DNA of 64,000 nucleotides. Origin: Somniosus microcephalus. Taxonomy: Eukaryota. Positions 1 through 13,182 of the stretch are shown here, piece after piece. The notes beneath the pieces were generated by a model. That model worked only from the letters and a program-made list of their open reading frames with translations. It ran no database searches and was not told where the DNA came from. The translations under genes were made by a program, and so were the position numbers. Position 1 is the stretch's first letter; each line of letters begins with the position of its first letter. The DNA is taken from the NCBI GenBank assembly GCA_052327205.1, contig CM126223.1, positions 35,030,001 to 35,094,000 on the forward strand, read 5' to 3'.

Positions 1-2046
1 CCCTCTCCTCTCTCCTTCACCCCTCTCCTCTCCTCTCTCCTTCCCCCCCCTCCTCTCCTCTCTCCTTCCCCCCCCTCCCTCTCCTCTCTCCTTCCCCCCC
101 TCCCTCTCCTCTCTCCCCCCCTCCTCTCCTCTCTCCTTCCCCCCCTCTCCCCCCTCCTCTCCTCTCTCCTTCCCCCTCTCCTCTCCTCTCCCCTTCACCC
201 CCTCTCTCTCTCTCCTTCACCCCCCCTCCTCTCTCCCTCACCCCCTCCCTCTCCCTCACCCCCTCCCTCTCCTCTCCCCCTCACCCCCTCTCCTCTCCCC
301 TTCACCCCCTCTCCTCTCTTTCACCCCCTCCCCTCTCTCCTTCACCCCCTCCCCTCTCCTCCACCCCCTCCCCTCTCCTCTCTCCTTCACCCCCTCTCCT
401 CTCTCCTTCACCCCCTCTCCTCTCTCCTTCACCCCCTCTCCTCTCTCCTTCACACCCTCCCCTCTCTCCTTCACCCCCTCCCCTCTCCTCTCTCCTTCAC
501 CCCCTCCCCTCTCCTCTCTCCTTCCCCCCCCTCCCTCTCCTCTCTCCTTCCCCCCCTCCCTCTCCTCTCTCTCCCCCCTCCCTCTCCTCTCTCCCCCCCC
601 TCCCTCTCCTCTCTCCCCCCCCTCCCTCTCCTCTCTCCCCCCCCTCCCTCTCCTCTCTCCCCCCCCCTCCCTCTCCTCTCTCCCCCCCCTCCTCTCCTCT
701 CTCCTTCTCTCCCCCCCTCCTCTCCTCTCTCCTTCCCCCCTCTCTCCTCTCTCCTTCCCCCCCTCCCTCTCCTCTCTCCTTCACCCCTCTCCTCTCCTCT
801 CTCCTTCCCCCCCCTCCTCTCCTCTCTCCTTCCCCCCCTCCCTCTCCTCTCTCCTTCCCCCCCTCCCTCTCCTCTCTCCCCCCCCCTCCTCTCCTCTCTC
901 CTTCCCCCCCTCTCCCCCCTCCTCTCCTCTCTCCTTCCCCCTCTCCTCTCCTCTCCCCTCCACCCCCTCTCCTCTCTCCTTCACCCCCCCTCCTCTCTCC
1001 CTCACCCCCTCCCTCTCCCTCACCCCCTCCCTCTCCTCTCCCCCTCACCCCCCTCTCCTCTCCCCTTCACCCCCTCTCCTCTCTTTCACCCCCTCCCCTC
1101 TCTCCTTCACCCCCTCCCCTCTCCTCCACCCCCTCCCCTCTCCTCTCTCCTTCACCCCCTCTCCTCTCTCCTTCACCCCCTCTCCTCTCTCCTTCACCCC
1201 CTCCCCTCTCTCCTTCACCCCCTCCCCTCTCCTCTCTCCTTCACCCCCTCCCCTCTCCTCTCTCCTTCCCCCCCCTCCCTCTCCTCTCTCCTTCCCCCCC
1301 TCCTCTCTCCTTCCCCCCCTCCCTCTCCTCTCTCCCCCCCTCCCTCTCCTCTCTCCCCCCCTCCCTCTCCTCTCTCCCCCCCCTCCCTCTCCTCTCTCCC
1401 CCCCCCTCCCTCTCCTCTCTCCCCCCCCTCCCTCTCCTCTCTCCCCCCCCCTCCCTCTCCTCTCTCCCCCCCTCCTCTCCTCTCTCCTTCTCTCCCCCCC
1501 TCCTCTCCTCTCTCCTTCCCCCCCTCCTCTCCTCTCTCCTTCCCCCCCCTCCTCTCCTCTCTCCTTCCCCCCCTCCTCTCCTCTCTCCTTCCCCCTCTCC
1601 TCTCCTCTCCCCTTCACCCCCTCTCCTCTCTCCTTCACCCCCCTCCTCTCTCCCTCACCCCCTCCCTCTCCTCTCTCCCTCACCCCCTCTCCTCTCCCCT
1701 TCACCCCCTCCCCTCTCTCCTTCACCCCCTCCCCTCTCCTCCACCCCCTCCCCTCTCCTCCACCCCCTCCCCTCTCTCCTTCACCCCCTCCCCTCTCCTC
1801 CTTCACCCCCTCCCCTCTCCTCTCTCCTTCACCCCCTCCCCTCTCCTCTCTCCTTCACCCCTCTCCTCTCCTCTCTCCTTCACCCCTCTCCTCCCCTCTC
1901 TCCTTCACCCCCTCTCCTCTCCTCTCTCCTTCACCCCTCTCCTCCCCTCTCTCCTTCACCCCCTCTCCTCTCCTCTCTCCTTCACCCCCTCTCCTCTCTC
2001 CTTCACCCCTCTCCTCTCCTCTCTCCTTCACCCCCTCTCCTCTCCT
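1..2046. repeat. CT-rich low-complexity polypyrimidine tract
   Basis: About 2 kb almost entirely C/T with sparse A (ctctcctt, cacccc units); it explains the Gly/Glu/Arg ORFs on the minus strand. Confidence 0.97.
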
Positions 2047-3384
2047 GACAGCAGCCAGAATAGGAATGCCAGCAAACCTCTCTAAATCAACCAGTGGTTC
2101 CGCCTCAGAGTTCTTAAAGTCTCTGCAGAGTAGGCCCTGAATTCTTTGCCTACTGTTCAAGGGGCAACAGAATTGCCAAAATACCACAGAACTGCGAGAG
2201 AGGTGAAGAAAGAGGGGGCGTCTGTGAGGTATAGATTTGCATGGAACCATCTCTTAATGCCATGTGGGCTTTCTGTATCCTGGATACAGCTGAATTAAAA
2301 ATGAGGATCATGTGTGCACATCGTGCTGAGAAATTCCTGAATTAGGTAATATTTTGAGACTGGCCAACACTTGGGGGGAAAAAATCAAATGGAAACTTTA
2401 ATAAAACTTGATGTGACGGTTGGGATCAGTTGATAAAAAATCCAGTCTATTGGCAATGCAGGTGCCATATGACCATGAGCTCAAGCTCTTGTCAAGATGG
2501 AGGGAGAGCGGGGAATTGTGTGCACAATGGGTTATATTGGCTCTGAGCTGAATGCACTGCTTTTCATGTTGCTGTGGGCAAAGTTAAAAAGAAAACCTCT
2601 GGTTCACCAACACTGTCCTTTCTCACCATGCTGGGTGCAATCCAGCGCCGATCCCTCGGAGTTAGTTAGCAGTAAAAAAAAGCAGCTGCCTTTGTTTGAC
2701 ACTAAGTACTTTCCTATTTAGCAGATGTAACATCTTTCAGACTTCATTTGATTAGTGGTATTTAAGAGGACCATCGAGAGTATAATTTTCATGGTAAGTG
2801 GGAACAGTTGTGAGCAGTGATACTGGGGTCGAGAGACTGTAAGCTCAGCCAGCTGTTATTATACCAGGTCCTGTGAAACCTGCTGAGGAAGTTGAGAGTG
2901 TGACCATGCTGGTAGCCTTCTGAGCTACTCACTCCAGTCAATCCCTGTCCAAAGAATAAGCTGCTGACCACGAACTGTGGTGGTCTGTATTCAGTACCTC
3001 GGGTTTCATGGCTCAGATGCGACTTGTGAGGTAACACTTGGCTTTCAGAGCCTAACAATCCTTCAATATATAGGCGAGAGAAAATATAAATCCATGAGAG
3101 CTTAAAGAGGAAATACAAATGCGGAAGACACTAAATGGGTGGTGCATTACTAAAGGTGTGCGCCCCAGAAAATGTAAACTTTTTACGTGAAAATGATGTA
3201 TTCTGGTTCATTTTAAGCACTGTTAAACTTCGCAATTAATAGATTGTTTAATCTAAAAGAAAGGAAAAATAAATGGCATGGACTTTCAATCGATCAACCA
3301 GACCATCACTTTCTGAACGGATCCTTCAACACTTGCTCTCCCGCATCCAACCAACCTAGTCCCAGTTCAAACTGCACTCTGCCT

Positions 3385-4985
3385 CTCTAGATCCAGTTCA
3401 GAGATACTGCATCCCATCAACTTCACACCCTTTCCATGATTACAAGATGAGGAAGACCATGCAGCTCTTCCAGTCGTGAATGGTGGTGGACCATTAAACA
3501 ACTAACTGGTGGAGGAGGCTCCATGAATATCCCCATCCTCAATGATGGTGGAGCCGAGCACGTGAGTGCAAAAGACAAGGCTGAAGCGTTTGCAACCATC
3601 TTCAGCCAGAAGTGCCAAGTGGACAATCCATATCGGCCTCCTCCTGAGGTCCCCACCATCACAGAAGCCAGTCTTCAGCCAATTCGATTCACTCCACATG
3701 ATATCAAAAACGGCTAAGTGCACTGGATACAGCAAAGGCTATGGGCCCCGATAACATCCCAGCTGTCGTGCTGAAGACTTGTGCTCCAGAACTAGCCGCG
3801 CCTCTAGTCAAGCTGTTCCAGTACAGCTACAACACTGGCATCTATCCGACAATGTGAAAAACTGCCCAGGTATGTCCTGTCCATAAAAATCAGGACAAAT
3901 CCAACCCGGCCAATTACCACCCCATCAGTCTACTCTCAATCATCAGCAAAGTGATGGAAGGTGTCATCGACAGTGCTATCAAGCGACACTTACGCACCAA
4001 TAACCTGCTCATTGATGCCCAGTTTGGGTTCCGCCAAGACCACTCGGCTCCCAACCTCATTACAGCCTTGGTCCAAACATGGACAAAAGAGCTAAATTCC
4101 AGAGGTGAGGTGAGAGTGACTGCCCTTGACATCAAGACAGCATTTGACCGAGTGTGGCATGAAGGAGCCCTAGTAAAACTGAAGTCAATGGGAATCGGGG
4201 GGGAAAACTCTCCACTGGCTGGAGTCATACCTAGCACAATGGAAGATGGTTGGAGGTCAATCATCACAGCCCCAGGACATCACTGCAGGAGTTCCTCAGG
4301 ACAGTGTCCTAGGCCCAACCATCTTCAGCTGCTTCATCAATGACCTTCCCTCCAACATAAGGTCAGAAATGGGGATGTTCACTGATGACTGCACAGTGTT
4401 CAGTGCTATTCACAACTCCTCAGAAAATGAAGCAGTCCATGCCCGCATGCAACAAGACCTGGACTTGTGATGGAATACTCTCCACGTGCTTGGATGAATG
4501 CAGCTCCAACAACACTCAAGAAGCTCGACACCATCCGGGACAAAGCAGCCTGCTTGATTGGCACCCCATCCACCACCTTAAACAATCACTCCCTCCACCA
4601 TCAGCATACCGTGGCTGCAGTGTGTACCATCTACAAGATGCACTGCAGCAACTCACCAAGGCTTCTTCGGCAGCACCTCCCAAACCCGCGATCTCATCCA
4701 CCTAGAAGGACAAGGGCAGCAGACGCATGGGAACACCACCACCTCCAAGTTCCCCTCCAAGTCACACACCATCCTGACTTGGAAATATATCACCGATCCT
4801 TCATCATCGCTGGGTCAAAATCATGGAACTCCCTCCCTAACAGCACTGTGGGAGTATCTTCACCACACGGACTGCAGTGGTTCAAGAAAGCGGCTCACCA
4901 CCACCTTCTCAAGGGCAATTAGTGATGGGCAATAAATGCTGGCCTTACCAGCGACGCCCACATCCCATGAAAAATTAAAAAAAAC
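3385..4985 (+). mobile_element. 5'-truncated, internally deleted non-LTR retrotransposon (CR1/L2 superfamily) RT fragment
   Basis: Frameshifted motifs NYHPISLLS, QFGFR, LDIKTAFDRVWH, GVPQDSVLGP and FTDD. QQDLD jumps straight to VMEYSP at ~4466 (deletion). The 3' tail has aataaa plus an A-rich end. Confidence 0.88.
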
Positions 4986-5109
4986 ATTTATCCATCTAGG
5001 ACAACCCTCAAAATTACACCTCCATCCATACCTCTTGCTTTGTACCCTTCAGCCAAATTTCTTATCCATACCCATGTTTTGCCCTGATTTCCCCATACCT
5101 TAGTAATTG

Positions 5110-5530
5110 GTAATCTTTCATGTGAAACTTTATCAAATGTCTATTGGAAGTCTAAGTACACACTGTCTTAGGATTTACCACAGTCAACTTGGGCTGTCAT
5201 TTCCTCACATAAATCAAGGAGGTTGGTCAGACAAGATCTTCCTGTCTAAAGCCATGTTGACTGCTGTTTCTTAGGTTATTGTTGTACAGATATCTCAAGT
5301 TTACTCCTGGTAATTGAAATTCAATTACCTGACACAGAATTGAAGTAAGACTAATGAGCCTGTAGCTGCCATTGTCTGCTTTCATCCTTTTTGGATAAAG
5401 GCACCATGTTAGCCTTTGTCCAATGTGCTGGTATCGCCCCAGTGTTCATGGATGTCCTCATAATGATTGTCAGTAGCTCACAAATCTCGCTAAGCTCCCT
5501 CAGCACCCTGGGGATTTATTAATTTTAAGC
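5110..5530 (-). mobile_element. Old CR1 LINE RT fragment
   Basis: Minus strand gives a degenerate VYLDFQ.TFDKV motif and an NKSPG-like motif. Confidence 0.6.
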
Positions 5531-5535
5531 CCTGT

Positions 5536-6393
5536 ATAATCACCCACACTCTCCTGAGGGTCTGTACAATCACCCATTCTCTACTGGGCGACTGTACAAT
5601 CACCCACTCTCTCCTGGGAGACTGTACAATCACCCACTCTCTCCTGGGAGACTGGACAATCACCCACTCTCTCTCCTGGGAGACTGGACAATCACCCACT
5701 CTCTCCTGGGAGACTGGACAATCACCCACTCTCTCCTGGGAGACTGGACAATCACCCACTCTCTCCTGGGAGACTGGACAATCACCCACTCTCTCTCCTG
5801 GGAGACTGGACAATCACCCACTCTCTCCTGGGAGACTGTACAATCACCCACTCTCTCCTGGGAGACTGTACAAACACCCACTCTCTCCTGGGAGTCTGTA
5901 CAATCACCCACTCTCTCCTGGGAGTCTATAATCACCCACTGTCTCTCCTGGGAGTCTGTATAATCACCCACTCCTGGGAGTCTGTATAATCACCCACTCT
6001 CTCCTGGGAGACTGTACAATCACCACTCTCTCCTGGGAGTCTATACAATCACCCACTCTCTCCTGGGAGTCTATAATCACCCACTGTCTCTCCTGGGAGT
6101 CTGTATAATCACCCACTCCTGGGAGTCTGTATAATCACCCACTCTCTCCTGGGAGACTGTACAAACACCCACTCTCTCCTGGGAGACTGTACAAACACCC
6201 ACTCTCTCCTGGGAGTCTGTATAATCACCCACTCCTGGGAGTCTGTATAATCACCCACTCTCTCCTGGGAGACTGTACAATCACCCACTCTCTCCTGGGA
6301 GACTGTACAATCACCCACTCTCTCCTGGGAGACTGGACAATCACCCACTCTCTCCTGGGAGACTGTACATTCACTCACTCTCTCCTGAGGGTC
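5536..6393. repeat. Minisatellite, ~30-bp unit gtacaatcacccactctctcctgggagact
   Basis: Direct tandem copies with small length variants and no unique spacers. Confidence 0.95.
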
Positions 6394-7295
6394 TGCTTGC
6401 TGACGCTGACGCTGACCCTAACCCAGTCACATGTTTCTGCAGCATGTGAGCTGTAGGAGATTAAATAGCTTTCGTTCCTGCTCTGTTACTGTATGACTGT
6501 GTCTCTTCTTTGCCTTTTACCAGCAAAAAAGATGGAATGTTGTGAAGAAAATAAGGAAGCGCGCAGTTATCTGTCCGCAGCACAAAATAATCGTGGCCGC
6601 AACTTAACAGTTTAGACCCTTCCACCCGCCTATAACTACATGCCTCACACAAACACACGCATTGACCGAGGCCTTTGGCTGCACCAGCTCTACGCAATGA
6701 CCCCCACACATACAGCTCCTGCCTGCATGTTGTCAGGGCCTGCAATGTGTCCAGATAACTGCTTCGGTTTAACGTCTCATCCGAAAGACGATCTCGGCCC
6801 AGATTTTGCCACTAGGGTTATTAGCAGCTCCTTGATGAACAGGGAGCGGGGAGAATTTGATGGTCACTGTACTCGTGCTGCCTGCATTTTCCATGCATTT
6901 TATTATTCATTAGTTCCCAAGTTAATTAACTCCAATGGTAGCAGTTCCATTTTAAAGTGGTAACCAGCAGAGTGCCTCGGGGTTCAGTAATGGGACCTTT
7001 GCCTTTCACAGTATTTATACGAGCATTTGCTAGATATCGAAGTGTGAATAACAGCAGTATGTGTGTGTGCGAAGAGCTAAAGATAACATCAATGAAGGTT
7101 AGTCAGCAGCTGAGAACATTTCAGTGATTGTGTGTTAATTGATTGGCACAATAAGTCTCCCTGTTTCTAATTAATCTGTGTAACTGGGCCATTTTTAAAT
7201 GTACTGCTTCTTCAACTGGTGTTTGTGCTGAAGCCACAAACAGTACATCAGAAGAACGAGCTAAGAGTCCTTTTGTTGTGGAACTGGTCTCTGCA

Positions 7296-7558
7296 TAGGG
7301 TTTGCCAACTCTGGCTGGAGGTATTACTGGAGGCTTCATCACACGCCCTCTCGCCGCCAACCACCCCGCTCAGTCAAACACCCTTTCTTTTCCATCTCCA
7401 ATATTTTTATAATGAATAAACTAAAGTGTTCAAGGAAAATGAAAAAACTTGTTTAATGCTCCTATGATTTTTTTCCCGTGTGGCTCGCTGCAGAGTCGAG
7501 GAGATTAATCTTTCATTCTTGGAGACTCCGGGATAATCCTGGAGGGTTGACAACTCCA
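7296..7558. mobile_element. hAT (Blackjack-like) MITE, copy 1
   Basis: Imperfect TIRs tagggtttgccaac...gttgacaactcca; 8-bp flanks tctctgca (7288-7295) and tctctaca (7559-7566). Confidence 0.8.
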
Positions 7559-8827
7559 TCTCTACAGTACCTGTAACTGCCCTCTAGCACAGAGTCCCTC
7601 GGCAGAGGAATTGATGACATTCTGAAAGGCTCTGGTTCGAGGTCTGATAATTGCAGCCACTCATTAGTAAGGGTACGGACGACAAAACAGTGAGGTGGTT
7701 TTCGTAGGAGAGCGACAGACAGCTGGATGAACAGGCAGACACGGCAGCCTGAAACACGAGGCCCGCTCCCTCCTTTGAGGAGGAAACTGTGGGTCTTTAC
7801 CGCCACTTCCCCTGGTGAACCCAGGAAGTGGCGATAACTGGGGAGCAAAGAAAGGAAATTCGCTGCGGACCTAGGCCGTGTCTTCGCCACCATTTGCAAG
7901 CAGCGGGCAGGGAAGGTGTGGCCAGCGGCAGTACCGGCGGGGTGAGGGAAATCTGGATTGGGGTCGTGATGTGCCAATAGGCCTCCCCACCCAAATATCT
8001 GATGCCCTCCACTGCAATCCCACCCGATTTCCTCCTATGGTGTTCTGTCAAAGTTAGCAGAGAAAATAAACAGAGAATCGGGGCCCAGGTAAAGCATGGA
8101 TGGAGCCAGGATACAGCTGAGATGTAGGCTGCAGATCAACAACACCCTACAGGACACAGCCTATTACTATGTCTGTCACACCTAATACTGGCTTTACACA
8201 GTGACCTGGGCTTTAAATAAGTTGTATCCCAGGGTGTTGACTTCTGTGCTCTATAAATTCATGAGCTCAGGATCTTATTAGGTCCCTGCAGCCTGCCTTA
8301 GTGTATCATGTCCTTGTATGCACAGTAACTGACAAATAACACAAGGAGCAGCTTACCAGTTTGTTGATAGAGTATGACAACATGGGCAGGTTTGGTCACT
8401 CCTCTGTGCCCCGCACCATGTCCCGCCACCTCGTCTGTTGGAATTTTACAGAATGTCAGTTTACTTAAAAATATCTCTTGGTGGAGCAGCCAGATGGCAT
8501 GCTTTGTTTGCGACATGGCAAAATGTGGGTGTTAGAACTCTGGCTTTTTCTCGCCATGTTTTTCTTGTGCATGACTACTGCTTCCATAACAGGCCGAGCT
8601 CCTTATAAACCAAAGTCTACATTTGTATTCAGTGCCATGTGTGGATTAGTGTGTCCCAATTTTTCTATTTAATTCCTAAACGGGATAAATTGCTGAGTGG
8701 AGAATGAACGGGATGCCCACTATTCACCCATCAGAGCGCAGAAAAATGCCACACAATTGACCACCGGGAACAGATTATACAACTGGGCCAGCTGTATCTA
8801 CAGATAAAGCAATACACAAGCAGTAAG

Positions 8828-9263
8828 ACACAGCGAGATACTGATACACTACAACTACCAGGCTTACACAGCGCGATACTGATACACTACAATTACCAGG
8901 CTTACACAGCGCGATACTGATACACTACAACTACCAGGCTTACACAGCGAGATACTGATACAATACAACTACCAGGCTTACACAGCGAGATACTGATACA
9001 CTACAACTACCAGGCTTACACAGCGAGATACTGATACACTACAACTACCAGGTTTACACAGCGAGATACTGATACACTACAACTACCAGGCTTACACAGC
9101 GAGATACTGATACAATACAACTACCAGGCTTACACAGCGAGATACTGATACAATACAACTACCAGGCTTACACAGTGAGATACTGATGTACTACAATCAC
9201 CAGTCTTACACAGTGAGATATTGAAACACTACAATAACCAGCCTTACACAGTGAGATACTGAT
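8828..9263. repeat. Minisatellite, 38-bp unit acacagcgagatactgatacactacaactaccaggctt
   Basis: About 11 tandem copies, degenerating toward the 3' end. Confidence 0.95.
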
Positions 9264-9293
9264 AACTGGGTCATTTTTAAATGTACTGCTTCT

Positions 9294-12200
9294 TTATAAG
9301 AACATAAGAAATAGGAGCAGGAGTAGGCCAATCAGCCCCTCGAGCCTGCTCCGCCATTCAATAAGATCACGGCTGATCTGATCCTTACCGCCAATCCACT
9401 ATCACAGAACCATCTCCTGAATCTAACAGAATTAGACACACAAAATAGGAGCAGGATCAGGTTACACGGCCCCTGGGACCGCTCCGCTACCCACAGCCAT
9501 GACCGATCCGAACCTAGACTCATGTCCAAATTCCTGCCCGCTCCCCGTAACCCTTAATTCCCTTTACTTCTAGGAAACTGTCTATTTCTGTTTTAAATTT
9601 ATGTAATGATGTAGCTTCTACAGCTTTTTGGGGCAGCATATTCCATGGACCTACCACCCTCTGAGTGAAGTAGTTCCTCCTCATCTCAGTTTTGAAAGAG
9701 CAGCCCCTTATTCTAAGACTATGCCCCCTAGTTCTAGTTTCACTCATCATCGCGAACATCCTCCCCGCATCCACCCGATCCAACCCCTTCACAATCTTAT
9801 ATGTTTCAATAAGATCGCCTCTCATTCTTCTGAACTCCAATGAGTAGAGTCCCAATCTACTCAACCTCTCCTCATATGTCCATCCCCTCATCCCCGGGAT
9901 TAACCGAGTGAACCTTCTTTGTACTGACTCGAGAGCAAGTATGTCCTTTCTTAAGTATGGACACCAAAACTGTACGCAGTATTCCAGGTGCGGTCTCACC
10001 AATACCTTGTACAACTGAAGCAATACATCCCTATTTTTATATTCTATCCCCCTAGCAATGAAAGCCAACATTCCATTGGCCTTCTTAATCACTTGCTGCA
10101 CCTGCATACTAACCTTTTGAGTTTCGTGCACCAGGACCCCCAGATCCCTTTGTACTTCAGTACTTTCCAGTTTCTTGCCATTAAGATAATAACTTGCTCT
10201 ACGATTTTTCCTGCCAAAGTGCATAACCTCACACTTTCCAGTATTGTATTCCATCTGCCAAATCTCTGCCCACTTACTTAGCCTGTCTATGTCCCCTTGC
10301 AGGTTTTTTATGTCCTCCCTCCCATCTTAGTATCATCTGCAAACTTTGATATGTTACACTCGGTCCTCTCCTCCAAATCGTTAACATAGATTGTAAAGAG
10401 TTGGGGACCCAGCACTGACCCCTGCGGAACACCACTAGTTACTGATTGCCAGTCTGAGAATGAACCATTTATCCCAACTCTCTGCCTTCTGTTAGATAGC
10501 CAATCCTCTATCCATGCCAGAATATTACCCCCAATCCCGTGATTTTTTTATCTTAAGCAATAATCTTTTGTGTGGCACCTTGTCAAATGCCTTTTGTAAG
10601 TCTAAATACACTACGTCCACTGGTTCCCCTTTATCCACCCTATACGTTACTTCCTCAAAGAACTCCAGCAAATTTGTCAAACATGACTTCCCCTTCATAA
10701 AACCATGCTGACTTTGTCCTATTAAATTATGATTATCCAAATGTCCTGTTACTGTCTCCTTAATAATGGACTCCAAAATTTTACCTACCACAGATGTTAG
10801 GCTAACCAGTCTATAGTTTCCAGCCTTCTGTCTACTGCCCTTTTCAAATAAGGGTGTTACATTAGCAGTTTTTCAGTCTGCCGGGACCTTTGCCGAGTCC
10901 AGGGAGTTCGGGAAAATTATTACCAATGCATTCACAATCCCTACCGCCACTTCCCTCAAGACCCTAGGATGTAAGCCATCAGGTCCAGGTGATTTATCCG
11001 CCTTGAGTCCCATTATTTTACCGAGTACCACTTCCTTAGTGATTTTGATCGTGTTTAGCTCCTCCCCCCCTGTTTGTCCAGTGTTGGGATATTCTTAGTG
11101 TCCTCTAGTGTAAAGACTGATACAAAATATTCATTCAGTGTTTTTGCCATCTCCATATTTCCCACCATTAAGGGACCAACATTTACTTTAGCCACCCTTT
11201 TTCTTTTTATATAACTATAAAAACTCTTACTATCTGTTTTTATATTTTTTGCTAATTTACTTTCATAATCTATCTTCCCTTTCTTAATCAATCTTTTAGT
11301 TATTTTTTGCTGTCTTTTTAAAGTTTTCCCAATCCTCTATCCTCCCACTAGATTTGGCTACCCACTAGATTTGGCTACCTTATATGCCCATGTTTTTAGT
11401 CGAATACTGTCCTTAATTTCTTTACTTAGCCACGGATGGCTGTCTTTTCTTTTACACCCTTTTCTTCTCAGTGGAATATATATTTTTTGGAAGTTGTAAA
11501 ATAACTCCTTAAATGTACACCACTGATCATGTATCATCTTACCCTTTAATCTATTTTCCCAATCCACTCTACTCAATTCCGCTCTCATACCTTCATAGTC
11601 TCCTTTATTCAAGCTTAGCACGCTTGTTTGAGATCCAACCTTTTCACCCTCTAATTGAATATGGAATTCAACCATGTTATGGTCACTCATTCCAAGGGGA
11701 TCCTTTACAAGGACATTTTTAATTAATCCTGTCTCGTTACACAGGACCAGATCTAAGGTTGCTTGCCCCCTGGTTGGTTCAGTTACATACTGCTCAAGAA
11801 ACCCATCCCTAATACACTCAATGAACTCATCCTCAAGGCAGCCCTGCCCAATTTGATTTGTCCAATTAATATGATCGTTAAAATCCCCCATAATTATAGA
11901 TGTTCCCTTATTACAAGCCTCAACTATTTCCTGATTGATACTCCGTCCAACAGATTTGCCACTGTTCGGAGGCCTATAGACTACGCCCACTAGTGTTTTT
12001 TTCCCCTTATTATTCCTTACCTCCACCCAAACTGTTTCATTATCCTGATCTTTTGACCCAATATCATTTCTCTGTATTACATTGATTCCTTCCTTTATTA
12101 ACATAGCCACCCCACCTCCCCTTCCTTCCTGCCTGTCCTTCCTGATCGTTAAATAACCTGGTATGTTTAATTCCCAGGCATTGTCACCCTGCAGCCATGT

Positions 12201-12508
12201 TTCTGTAATGGCCACAAGATCATACCCATATGTAGTTATTTGTGCCATTTACTCGTCTATTTTGTTACGAATGCTACGTGCATTCAGATAGAGAACTTTC
12301 AAATATGTTTTGTGACACTTAGTTCCTGCTTTTGCCCTTTTTATTACTTTACCTTTTACTCCATACCTTCTGCCCCTTCCTGACACGCTCCGGTTTTTAA
12401 TTTCCCCACTGCTACCTAAGTCTATGACCTTCTCTGTTGTCATTTTTATTATTTGCTCTCTAGGAACCTCCCCCCCCCCACTAGTTAGTTTAAAGCCCTC
12501 TCTACAGC
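9294..12508 (-). mobile_element. CR1 LINE (end of ORF1 plus disrupted ORF2 EN-RT and 3' tail)
   Basis: Motifs [61 protein letters not shown] and RPHLEYCVQFW. There is a stop at ~12249 and a 17-bp tandem duplication at 11344-11377. The tail is ttcttatg-type. Confidence 0.95.
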
Positions 12509-12572
12509 CTTTAACTGGTGTTTGTGCTGAAGAACTAGCCAAGAGCCATTTTTTGTGGAACCGGTCTCTGCA

Positions 12573-13182
12573 TAGGGTTAACCAACTGTGGTTGGAGGTA
12601 TTACAACAACAACTTGTATTTATATAGCGCCTTTAACAGGAGTGTTATAAGACAAAAAATTGACACCGAGCCACATAAGAAATTAAGGCAGATGACCAAA
12701 AGCTTGGTCAAAGAGGTAGGTTTTAAGGAGCATCTTAAAAGTGGAAAGAGAGGCGGAGAGGTTTAGGCAGGGAATTCCAGAGGTTAGGGCCTAGGCAAGA
12801 GAAGGCACGGCTGCCAATGGTTGAGCGATTATAATCAGGGATGCTCAAGGGCAGAATTAGAGGAGCACAGATATCTCTTGGGGGGGGGGGGGGGGCGGGG
12901 AGGGGTTGTGGGACTGGAAGAGATTACAGAGATAGGAAGGGGCTTAGTTACTGGAGGCTTCATCACACGCCCTCTTGCCGCCAACCACCCCGCTCAGTCA
13001 AACACCCTTTCTTTTCCATCTCCAATATTTTTATAACTAATAAACTAAAGTGTTCAAAGAAAATGGAAAAACTTGTTTAATGCTCCTATGATTTTTCTCC
13101 TGTGTGGCTCGCAGCAGAGTCAAAGAGATTAATCTTTAATTCTTGGCGACTCCAGGATAATCCTGGTGGGTTGACAACCCCA
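12573..13182. mobile_element. hAT MITE, copy 2 (interrupted by an L2 fragment)
   Basis: Same element as 7296-7558, with a perfect 8-bp TSD tctctgca (12565-12572 and 13183-13190). Confidence 0.82.
12605..12946 (-). mobile_element. L2 LINE 3' fragment
   Basis: The caacaacaacttgtatttatatagcgcc terminus is shared with the RT-bearing copy at 25598; it is absent from MITE copy 1. Confidence 0.8.

Noticed and set aside
17-2046. Gly/Glu/Arg-rich ORFs up to 253 aa (also 42868-43934)
   Set aside because: Translations of purine-only low-complexity repeats that cannot contain stop codons; not genes.
5536-6393. Regular short repeats resembling CRISPR arrays (also at 8828, 21003, 27078, 34909)
   Set aside because: Head-to-tail units with no unique spacers, no cas genes and a vertebrate intronic context; these are minisatellites.
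2048-8434. Multi-exon antisense gene joining 8357-8434, the RCC1-like ORF and an acceptor near 2192
   Set aside because: Splice-like sites exist, but the open frames of 8357-8434 end in phase 1 or 2 while the 6739 acceptor needs phase 0; the peptides are unrecognisable.
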